A stretch of 64,000 nt of DNA from positions 49,662,001 through 49,726,000 of the forward strand of contig NW_026262712.1 in the NCBI RefSeq assembly GCF_021869535.1, read 5' to 3'. This DNA comes from Mytilus californianus. Its lineage: Eukaryota. A program made the position numbers and the translations under genes. A model generated the notes under the pieces. The model did not search any database, was not told where the DNA came from, and saw only the letters and a program-made list of their open reading frames with translations. This document shows positions 53,101 through 59,793 of this stretch, piece after piece; within the stretch, counting starts at the first letter, position 1, and each line of letters starts with the position of its first letter.

Positions 53101-56100
53101 ATGGCAATAAAAAATTGAATAAGAATGGAATTAATTGCATGTATAAAACTACTTTTTAGGTAAAGAAACATGGTATATTTGGTCACAAGAGGAGTAAGTC
53201 TGATGCTGAAGCAGATGATTTCCTCTGTCCCATTGATTTTGGTAACGGTAGAATGGTAAATGGCAGGATGGATCCTGAGGTAATTATAATAGAGACAAAA
53301 TTCAGTCAAACCTGCCTTCTTGGTTGATGTATATTGTGTATTCACCATTTTAGAATTACTCCAGTATCAATAAAGATAAGAAAATTCTTAATTTTTTAAG
53401 GACTTAATGATGTAACCTTCAAGGTAATATAAAATATGGTGTTGACAAATTTGAACCTACCTGTGTATATCCAGTTACTGTGACTTGACTGTTAGTGTTG
53501 CTCTCCACCTATTGCAACTTATTCAAAATTCTGGCCAAATTGCAATTTGTTTTATAAAACCAAACTGTTCAACTGGTCAGAAATTTGAACAAACTGCTGT
53601 AGAAAACCACAGTCAAGTCGTGAAAGTGCAAAGTGATAAAATAAAGCATACTTACAATCCTATAAAACTTTAATTCCACTTCAATGTTATTATAAAAAAT
53701 CAGTCTAACAATTTGTATAGGAATTTTATTGTTATTGTCATGCTTAAGGTGATAGATAGAAATTTTGAATTGCTATAAAAATGTCCAAACTAAGGTTTCA
53801 TACAATTTTTCTTTTGAAAAGTCTTCTATATTCATAAAAATCAGACATCATTTGAATTAAAACATTTTATATTCAGTAAAATATGTGTGAAATTACAATA
53901 CGTTGTCAGGAAGTTTCCATGGGAGATAATCAATTTTTCTTTTGAAAAGTCTTGATTCTTATGAATATAGAAGACTTTTCGAAAGAAAAATTGTATGAAA
54001 GCTTAGTTTGGACATTTTTATAGCAATTCAAAATTTCTATCCATCACCTTTAGCATGACAATAACAATAAAATTTCTATACAAACTGTTAGATTGATTTT
54101 TCATAATAACATTGAAGTGGAATACAAGTTTTATAGGATTTTAAGTATGCTTTATTTTATCACTTTGCACTTTCACGACTTGACTGTGGGTTTCTACAGC
54201 AGTTTGTTCAAATTTCTGACCAGTTGAACAGTTTGGTTTTATAAAACAAATTGCAATTTGGTCAGAATTTTGAATAAGTTGCAATAGGTGGAGAGCAACA
54301 CTAACAGTCAAGTCACAGTAACAATAAACACTAAACCAATTGCTATCTGCTATTTCAAAATCAAAGATGGAGGAAGACACACCAGCTACTTTAATTGTTT
54401 AGAATGAAGTTATTAATCTTCTGCTGTTAGTTCTATGAGTTATGCCTCCTTTCCCTCAAATTTAAGTAAACACACTCATTCATACAGTGTACTTGAAAAA
54501 AAGAAAGAATATTTCTGTGATTTTATAAAATAATAACTTTTCCATGTAGAAACTTTATGAAATCATATTTTTGTCTCGCCTTGACGGAGTCAAAAAGCGA
54601 CATAGTTATGCTGTTTCCGGTGTCGGCGACGGCGTCAACAATGTATTAGTTTGTGATTAGGTCTAGTTCATGGTGAACCACTAGTGGTAGGTCAATGATA
54701 TTTGGTATGCAGTTGTATTAGCATTGGCACATCTCATTACCATGCAGATTATTTGGCCCCGCCCCCTCAGTCAAGGTCTATTGACTTTGAAACTTTTCAT
54801 AGTTTACATGTATTAGTTTGTGATTAGGACAATTTATGGGGAACCACTAGTGTTAGGTCAATGATATTTGGTATGCAGTTGTTTAAGCATTGGTATATCT
54901 CATTTCCATGGAGATTATTTGGCTCTGCCCCCTTAGTCATGGTCTATAGACTGAAAATTTTGCTAAGTTAACATGTATTAGTTTGTGATTAGGTCAGTTC
55001 AAGGGGAACCATTAGTGGTAGGCCAATGTTAATTGGTGTTCAGTTGTATAAGCATTAGCACATCTCATTTCCATGGAGAATATTTGGCCCCGCCACCTCA
55101 GTCATGGTCTATTGACTTTGAAATTTTTGCTTAGTTTACATATATTAGTTTGTGATTAGATCAGTTTAAGATGAACTGCTAATGTTAAGTCAATGATATT
55201 TGGTATGCAAATTTATTGGCATTTGCAAGTATCGTTTCCATGGAGATTATATAGCCCCACCCCTGATCATGGTTCATTGACTTTGAAACTTTTACATAGT
55301 TTACAAGTTAATGTTTGTGTTTAGGTTTGTTTAAAGGGAACGACTTATAATAAGTCAATGGTATTTGGTATGCAGTTGTTTTAGCATTGGCACATCTCAT
55401 TCCATGGAGATTGTTTAGCCATGTACCTTCAGTCATGGTTCATCAACTTTGAATATTTGCATAACTTACATGTTAAAGTATTGCTATTTTAATTTCAACA
55501 GTTGCATTATCAAAATTATAAAAAGGCGAGACATATCTCTGTGATAACAGTTTATTATATACTTATGAAGGTAGAGGGAGAGAGTAACAGTATCTTTATA
55601 TAATTTTGGAGGTAGACATTTAGGAATCTTTATTTAGTTTTTGACCACAGGAATGACAATATTTTAATTTACTTTTGACCGTAGAAAAGCACAAAAAGGT
55701 AAGCTGCCTTAACAATAAATCATTATTTTATTTCTTCATAATCAGACTTTTTACCTTATATACCACATTCTTTTAGGATTGTATAATCTTTTAGTATACC
55801 TTTACCAAAAGATCAATTATCTGCCAGATGTCCATAGATTTAGTGTCCTACAAAGTTATCATCTGCCAAATGTCCATAGATTTAGTGTCCTACAAAGCTA
55901 TCTTTTAGGATATTTGATCATTTGTAATTAAAGACATATAGGAGGAATTTATGTCTTTTTATTGTTATTAGTGGAAGTAGTGTTTCAAAATATTTCATGT
56001 AGAACTTTTAAGGTACATATTTTGTGGTGATTTTTGTGATGAAAGAAAAGAAGAATTTCAGGAAGGAAACATTTAAAGTTGTTTAGAATTTAAATGATTG

Positions 56101-59100
56101 CTTTTGCTAGTTAAAGGGAAGGGGAGATTCAGAATAAAAAAATAAAACGAAACTTCTTTTCATTCTGATTCGTAATTATATATACATGTATAGATTTATG
56201 TATGATAATAATACATGTAGATTGGTTCTCTGTAGTGCCCTTAGTCTTTTGGGCTTCATAAAGTGTGTTGATATTATCATAAAAAATTTCTGTATTACTG
56301 TTGAAATAGATTGTTATTTGATATTTTTTTTTTTTGTATTTGTGTTTCATACTTCTTTGTATTTTTGAAACTAAATAATGATGATCATAATCATAATGAG
56401 GTTTAATGTTACATGTATATTTTGAAAGAGGTATAATAACAAAATTCTTTAATATTGATTTTAAGATGTCCCAAATTTTATCGTAAAATCTTTAGAATTA
56501 AAAAAAATTCTGTTTACTTTTCAGTTTCTAACGGCACATTATTTATTTGTCTATTACGATCTGTTCGGAACCCACTATAGCTGTCGCATTTAAAAAAATT
56601 TGCCCCCGAAATGTTATTGTCATATTAAAAAATATGTTCATGGAGTTTTCTATTTCTATTTGTCTATTACGAAATGTTATTGTCATATTAAAAAATTCTT
56701 TAATATTGATTTTAAGATGTCCCAAATTTAAAACAGATCGTAATAGACAAATAGAGATAGAAAACTCTATGGACCTTAAGAAAAGTTTAAAAATTTCTTA
56801 AATTTGTAAAATTAAATTTTTCTTTATTCCTTTGTTTTATTGGTGTAATAGCATTTATCTGTTGATGATTTATACCTGGATGTGGTTGCTATTTACAAAT
56901 GCATGAGATTTTATCATTTAAATTTTTTTTAGGGCTGTCTAATCTTGACAAACTTCACCTTGTAATTCAGGCCATTAAATATTTTCCAACAGGCACATAT
57001 ATTGTATATAAGTGTGTCTTCATCACAATTGACCATATTTCTATTGACTTTTTGTCCCGCCTCAACAAAGTTGCAGAAGCAATACACAAGCCTGCTGTTT
57101 CTAGTATTCCAGGAATCTACAATTGTTAAAAGTTTGTGAACTGGTCTACTATGTGAAACCACTTAAAATAGGTTAAGGATATTTGACAGGGAACTATATA
57201 TGGCTATAATTAGTATTGACACATCTCATTTCCATGTAGTTGTGTGCAACAGTCTTTAGTATCTATGAAGTGTTTTAAGGACATTTTTGTCTTTTCTTCA
57301 TCTTTCATGTTTGCCATGGTTTTGTCAGTTTCTCTTTGACTTACTAGATTTTAATATTCCATCTGCCTCTTTTTTTCTAGACCCCATCTCTTATTCATTG
57401 TCCATTGTCTTTCAAATTTTTTCAAAGTTATAGGTTAAATTATTGCCATTGCCTTTGAAATTTCAAAATTTGCATTGCTATAGAAATTACACACAGTTAA
57501 CACATATCCTATGTGCACTAAACTTTATTGATATGTCAATTTAGATTTCAATGAAGTTTTTTCCCTCAATTGTTTACATCATCCTGCATTTGCATGTTAA
57601 TATATTTTGCTGGAATTAAATAAAGGATTTAAAACATAAGTGTCGATCACTAAATGGATTATTTTCAAAATAAACAGAGCTGAAAGGGCTTTTTATGACA
57701 CGCTGTTATTTCATGCTGCAAATGCTGCAACTTTTACTTAGCAGTCATCTGACATGAGCAGGAAACGCTTCTGCTTTAAAACACCTGTATATGTATATAT
57801 TTGTATATTTACTGATGCATGCTTGATATACTTTAAATTTTTAAAACGTTAATAATTTGGATAGTTAATATAAAATTATATGAGTGAAATTTTACTAATA
57901 TTTAACTTTAATGATAAATTTTCTTTTGTTCAATATTTTGGACCTTATGACAAGATTACAATTTTTGTGGCCTTATTCATGTTATATTGGTATAGGACTG
58001 TTAACACTGTGGAGTTTTCTGTTACCAGTAGAAAATGTTGTCTGAGAAAGCATAAACTTTTGTTTTATCCTGAAAGTATATGAAGAGGAACTGCCAAATT
58101 TAATCACATAATTTAATAAAATGTCAGATATGTTTGATCCTGAACTTCTTTATTTTTTTTCACTGAAAGATTGTTCCTTAAACAAAATGTCAGAATTATT
58201 ATATTGATACCGTAACTATGTATTGCTTACACTTTTTTGTCAATACAGCTACATAGAATAGACTGTTCACTAAAACCGTGATGTCTAGTTTCCCCAGGTT
58301 TAGGTTTTAATTTGGTACTTTTATTTTCTGAAGGTAAAAATACTAAGTTCTGTCAAAGAATTGGTAGAAAAATACTCTAAGGCTTTCAATAGAATAAGAG
58401 ATTGATATAAGTTGTTGTAAGTATCTAAATACTTCATATGTGCAAAGATTTCTTTTTGATTTCAGAAAGACCAAAAAGCAGCAAAAGAAATAGGTGCCTT
58501 TTCAAAAGAAATCAACTCTTTAACAGTAAGTATGATAAGTAAAAGTATACAGTAGTACTGTCAATTGTAGGATAATGGTTTTTTTATGGCAATGCAGACT
58601 TAGGTCAGGAACATATAGTTTTAACCTTGTCCGTCATTCCGTCATTCTGCAATGGACAGTTATACAGACTTTTTTTTTGTAAACACCTTCACATATTGAG
58701 CTGAGTTTTAGTATGTGAGTCTACTATGATGAATTACAGATCGAGGTTACATTTGGTTCTACTCCGCTGATTTATGTCGTAATTAAGGGCTTTGGACTTT
58801 GAAAATAAATTGATGCGAAGTCAGCTAGAAACTGCCTTACAGGAAACAAAGTATCAGTGAAAAAAATTAGTTTACAGTACCTGTTGTTTTGTGACTATAA
58901 GAATGAACTTAAAACAGCAGCTATTATCATCAAATAAATACAGATTCTGGTCTTTGTCAGTTGCTATCTGGATACTTAGTTTTTACAAATGGGGGTGGGG
59001 GTGACACAATTGTAATCATCAAGGAGGGAAAAAAATCTTTGGGGAACTTTAAGGGAAAAAGATTTTGTACTTCATTGAATGTGTCATACAATAACAAGGT

Positions 59101-59793
59101 AGTTTTTGATGAAGTTGAAGTCCAATCAACTTGAAACTTAGTACACATGTTCCCTATGATATGATCTTTCTAATCTTAATGCCAAATTAGAGTTTTGACC
59201 CCCAATTTCACGGTGCACTGAACATAGAAAATGATAGTGCGAGTGGGACATCCGTGTACTATGTTAACAAGTAAATCTATGTCTAATTATTTCTTTGCAT
59301 GAAACAGATAATTGCCAGTACATCTAAAACTAAAATTGCTAATGCTGATCAGGTCTGTTGGAAGTCCAGATTTCTTTTTTCACTTTTGACAGCATAGAAA
59401 CATAATTGTAGAAATGAGTTGTGACTTGTCATTCATGAGTGTGAGCCTTGCTGTATACTTTAAAATTGTTGTTAACTGTTGTTTGATTGATTAGCACTTT
59501 CACACCTTGTAAGTAAACAGTCTTTTTTGTGGCAAAACTAAATTTGATAGAAATGATAGCTTAATTATGGAAGAGTATAGAATCTGGACACAGTCTAATT
59601 ATATCTGCCAATTTGGAGGATAACATTCATTTTTACTGTTTAAAACATGAAATGTAGGTGTGTATACTAAGTATAATTTCCTTTATAAACAAGTTTCTAC
59701 ACATTTCCAAAATTTGAGAATTATTTTTTTTTATTTCAGAACATGCTTTCAAGTGACAAGTTCCTGGAAAATGTGCCATCATCAAATGTGTGA
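23016..59793 (+). CDS. PPFIBP1: Liprin-beta (PPFIBP1/2 family), spliced model of 20 coding exons, 731 aa
   Basis: join(23016..23135,25339..25470,27281..27389,32455..32516,33481..33565,34622..34710,35040..35085,35555..35661,36358..36538,42749..42863,43384..43506,45194..45338,46084..46195,47198..47286,48261..48386,49345..49476,50005..50193,53160..53279,58466..58525,59740..59793) = 2196 nt. All introns are GT-AG and phase-compatible. Motifs recalled from vertebrate liprin-beta: ELLTRTSLETHKLDLMAEIS, EVEKLKKAVDALM, KRSTSAPNL, FKRGGVRATASGRLGWS, ELGIKNYLHRKKLQLAL, WVTRWLDDIGLPQY, WTNHRVMEWLR, EIGAFS, terminal SNV. Probably co-orthologous to PPFIBP1 and PPFIBP2. Exon 1 is the least certain. Confidence 0.93.
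23510..23670 (+). mobile_element. 5'-truncated SINE (family 1)
   Basis: ctccaatcttaattgaataggattgccagttttcctgcc... aligns with 44325-44420. Confidence 0.65.
25339..25470 (+). CDS. PPFIBP1: Liprin-beta coiled-coil exon (ELLTRTSLETHKLDLMAEISSLKIRLASADKDRRDLDDRLRISQ)
   Basis: ccttacag|GAA...CAG|gtatga, 132 nt, phase 0/0; close to recalled human ELLSRTSLETQKLDLMAEISNLKL. Confidence 0.95.
27281..27389 (+). CDS. PPFIBP1: Liprin-beta coiled-coil exon (RQMKELESKLAIKDAEINELRQRIVRNGTVVVSDSN)
   Basis: ttttatag|CGA...AACG|gtaaat, 109 nt, phase 0/1; heptad-like. An alternative in-frame AG lies at 27285-27286. Confidence 0.88.
28210..29873 (+). mobile_element. Old degenerate family-A-related HINE interrupted by a young family A copy
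   Basis: Left part 28210-28300 resembles the 192-bp unit; right part 29751-29873 continues the unit and ends aggtgagacacagggttccgctgaatcttttacaaatt, a decayed family A 3' end. Confidence 0.65.
28302..29750 (+). mobile_element. HINE family A, 6 x ~190-bp units plus terminal variant
   Basis: Same termini as 6723-7796; units start at 28396, 28588, 28780, 28969, 29162, 29348 and 29541 (terminal). Confidence 0.9.
32455..32516 (+). CDS. PPFIBP1: Liprin-beta exon (EYEVEKLKKAVDALMLSNQEK)
   Basis: attttag|AATAT...AAA|gtatgt, 62 nt, phase 1/0; matches recalled EVQKMKKAVESLMAANEEK. Confidence 0.93.
33128..33310 (+). mobile_element. Mussel-type MITE-like repeat fragment
   Basis: Homologous to 3005-3150. 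Confidence 0.6.
33481..33565 (+). CDS. PPFIBP1: Liprin-beta exon (DKRIDEMRKLVRKYKKIEEMVIHAQGRK)
   Basis: tttttag|GAC...AAAG|gtaagt, 85 nt, phase 0/1; matches recalled DRKIEDLRQCLNRYKK. Confidence 0.93.
34100..34412 (+). mobile_element. HINE fragment (family E), 3' part
   Basis: About 150-bp internal repeat (ctactatga.gag...gattgag/tttatgttt); shares acaccttcacatattgagc with 58580-58806; HINE-type 3' end gcgagtggaccattcgtgtc...gacacatctagtt. Confidence 0.6.
34622..34710 (+). CDS. PPFIBP1: Liprin-beta linker exon (ALDEMMINAEDDTSSTSSTTPSLSDPTRDM)
   Basis: long pyrimidine tract ctag|CG...ATG|gtatgt, 89 nt, phase 1/0. Confidence 0.85.
35040..35085 (+). CDS. PPFIBP1: Liprin-beta linker exon (YDDKTYSSPSATSTP)
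   Basis: tttttcag|TAT...CCTG|gtaagt, 46 nt, phase 0/1; needed for frame continuity. Confidence 0.85.
35555..35661 (+). CDS. PPFIBP1: Liprin-beta linker exon (VQSYEGNNLLVSTPKRSSGGLQRSNSAEDVTPTNKK)
   Basis: atttatag|TT...AAA|gtaagt, 107 nt, phase 1/0; LQRSNS resembles recalled LQKSSS. Confidence 0.87.
36358..36538 (+). CDS. PPFIBP1: Liprin-beta linker exon ending in VKSGKRSTSAPNL
   Basis: attccag|AAA...TTAG|gtgatg, 181 nt, phase 0/1; conserved KRxxSAPNL motif. The donor is weak; a second phase-1 GT lies at 36578. Confidence 0.85.
37884..38097 (+). mobile_element. Mussel-type MITE-like repeat
   Basis: Reverse complement of 19868-20118. Confidence 0.75.
38372..38697 (+). mobile_element. Short HINE family D (single core unit)
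   Basis: subTIR atgcccca / tggggcat; (GTCC)n microsatellite; near-identical to 52826-53090 and 59095-59263. Confidence 0.8.
38749..39510 (+). mobile_element. HINE family G with ~165-bp internal repeats (about 4 units)
   Basis: subTIR tctcgcct / aggcaaga; units near 38828, 38994, 39157 and 39322; 3' tail agacatatctctgtg..aacagtttatt shared with 54568-55556. Confidence 0.8.
41028..41983 (+). mobile_element. HINE with family B 5' end and repeats and a family C-type 3' tail
   Basis: 41028-41730 aligns with 8945-9470; 41780-41983 aligns with 19130-19333 and 52320-52491. Confidence 0.8.
42291..42633. mobile_element. Kolobok-like non-autonomous TIR element (343 bp)
   Basis: TTAA on both sides (42287-42290 and 42634-42637); about 33-bp imperfect TIR ggtcaaggtaccgtaaatgagttatgtcacaga vs agtcaagttacagtaaacgggtcatgtcaaaga. 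RR termini plus TTAA TSD fit Kolobok. Confidence 0.7.
42749..42863 (+). CDS. PPFIBP1: Liprin-beta exon (AQTEVVTDDEDGLQHLSGIAGGMPIDAKKKSGLRRFLGK)
   Basis: ttttcag|CT...GGAAA|gtatgt, 115 nt, phase 1/2; matches recalled KKKSRGIMKLFGK. Confidence 0.9.
43384..43506 (+). CDS. PPFIBP1: Liprin-beta exon (LKRSGSQDFHEREKTEQFKRGGVRATASGRLGWSKDIKVQ)
   Basis: gtctag|A...CAAGA|gtaagt, 123 nt, phase 2/2; contains the liprin FKRGGxRATAxxRLGWS motif. Confidence 0.95.
44274..44459 (+). mobile_element. tRNA-derived SINE (family 1), 5'-truncated, (CAAT)n tail
   Basis: B-box GTTCGAATCC; homologous to 10535-10770; terminal caat repeats. Confidence 0.8.
45194..45338 (+). CDS. PPFIBP1: Liprin-beta SAM1 exon (DNTPFARWDSDRVTAWMNEIGLNMYLVECRKYIKNGDQMLKFTSHDLEK)
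   Basis: tttttcag|T...AAA|gtgagt, 145 nt, phase 2/0; SAM signature W...W...IGL..Y. Confidence 0.95.
45375..45780 (+). mobile_element. 3'-truncated HINE with 160-bp internal repeat
   Basis: tttttatgtcacc...gggcatta, (GTCC)n, units at 45493 and 45653. Confidence 0.65.
46084..46195 (+). CDS. PPFIBP1: Liprin-beta SAM1/SAM2 exon (ELGIKNYLHRKKLQLALQSISANSAEKFNFLDHNWVT)
   Basis: tttcag|GAA...ACAC|gtatgt, 112 nt, phase 0/1. Confidence 0.95.
46525..46822 (+). mobile_element. Diverged short HINE related to family D
   Basis: ttttatgc...gggcattatgttttt 5' end; cactgaacat...gatagtgtgagtggggtat...gtact.tgga 3' end. Confidence 0.6.
46850..47068 (+). mobile_element. SINE 3' part with (CAAT)n tail
   Basis: ...catgaaatatttaccactggacattaaacaaacagcaatcaatcaatcaatc; the tail abuts the 75-bp duplication. 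Confidence 0.55.
47071..47220 (+). repeat. 75-bp tandem duplication spanning an intron/exon boundary
   Basis: 47071-47145 vs 47146-47220, two C/T differences. Confidence 0.95.
47198..47286 (+). CDS. PPFIBP1: Liprin-beta SAM2 exon (RWLDDIGLPQYKDYFYDARIDGRMLHFLTI)
   Basis: tttgtag|GA...ATT|gtaagt, 89 nt, phase 1/0. A duplicate acceptor lies 75 nt upstream (AG at 47121-47122). Confidence 0.93.
48261..48386 (+). CDS. PPFIBP1: Liprin-beta SAM2 exon (DDLVALKVTNELHHISIRRGIQILRAHSYNPQCLRRRPSPDE)
   Basis: ttgcag|GAT...GAG|gttagt, 126 nt, phase 0/0; CLRRRPS motif. Confidence 0.95.
49345..49476 (+). CDS. PPFIBP1: Liprin-beta SAM3 exon (GHLQNIPGDVALWTNHRVMEWLRTIDLSEYAPNMRGSGVHGALM)
   Basis: tttttag|GGT...ATG|gtaaat, 132 nt, phase 0/0; near-invariant liprin motif. 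Confidence 0.96.
50005..50193 (+). CDS. PPFIBP1: Liprin-beta SAM3 exon (VLEPRFCAELFAQLLSIPSNKTLLRRHLNTHF...NAKVK)
   Basis: ttttcag|GTT...AAA|gtaagt, 189 nt, phase 0/0. Confidence 0.96.
50383..52491 (+). mobile_element. HINE family C with ~161-bp repeats (4 full + 1 partial), interrupted by a TIR element
   Basis: 5' atacgaccgc (50388-50397) and 3' gcggtcgtat (52453-52462); units near 50489, 50649, 50809, 50971 and 51133. Confidence 0.85.
51360..52295. mobile_element. Non-autonomous DNA transposon, 11-bp perfect TIR CATACATGTGA, 6-bp TSD AATAGG
   Basis: aatagg at 51354-51359 and 52296-52301; TIRs at 51360-51370 and 52285-52295; subterminal tcccg / tcctga motif clusters; removing it restores the family C tail. 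Confidence 0.82.
52826..53090 (+). mobile_element. Short HINE family D
   Basis: Near-identical to 38372-38697; ends 70 nt before the exon at 53160. Confidence 0.8.
53160..53279 (+). CDS. PPFIBP1: Liprin-beta C-terminal exon (VKKHGIFGHKRSKSDAEADDFLCPIDFGNGRMVNGRMDPE)
   Basis: tttttag|GTA...GAG|gtaatt, 120 nt, phase 0/0; FLCP corresponds to recalled YVCP. Confidence 0.88.
53474..54322. mobile_element. Foldback element: 370-bp inverted arms with ~110-bp spacer
   Basis: 53474-53843 is the reverse complement of 53953-54322 with scattered substitutions; the ORF track shows mirror ORFs (53485 + and 54141 -). TSD not resolved. Confidence 0.9.
54568..55556 (+). mobile_element. HINE family G-related with ~166-bp repeats (about 5.5 units)
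   Basis: subTIR tgtctcgcctt / aaggcgagaca; units near 54641, 54808, 54973, 55140 and 55305. Confidence 0.85.
58466..58525 (+). CDS. PPFIBP1: Liprin-beta penultimate exon (KDQKAAKEIGAFSKEINSLT)
   Basis: atttcag|AAA...ACA|gtaagt, 60 nt, phase 0/0; matches recalled RQIGAFSEGINNLT. Confidence 0.92.
58580..58806 (+). mobile_element. HINE fragment (family E), 5' part
   Basis: tttttatgg...(gtcattcc)n 5' module; shares core with 34100-34412. Confidence 0.55.
59095..59263 (+). mobile_element. 5'-truncated HINE family D
   Basis: Near-identical to 38515-38680. Confidence 0.8.
59740..59793 (+). CDS. PPFIBP1: Liprin-beta last coding exon (NMLSSDKFLENVPSSNV*)
   Basis: ttatttcag|AAC...GTG TGA; ends in SNV, like recalled human ...DSNV (class I PDZ-binding-type motif). 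Confidence 0.9.
   Translation, partial: NMLSSDKFLENVPSSNV

Noticed and set aside
53401-53423. 23-nt exon-like segment (ttttttaag| ... aag|gtaata)
   Set aside because: In the required phase 0 it reads DLMM*; it needs an unsupported phase-1 donor to be coding.
53485-54380. Two ORFs with nearly the same peptide on opposite strands
   Set aside because: Mirror translations of the foldback arms, not a gene pair.
55819-55902. 42-bp tandem duplication (also a ~22-bp one at about 48460 and degenerate acaggagtacagcaaaat repeats at 25155-25270)
   Set aside because: Ordinary intronic slippage duplications with no splice-site or coding consequence visible.
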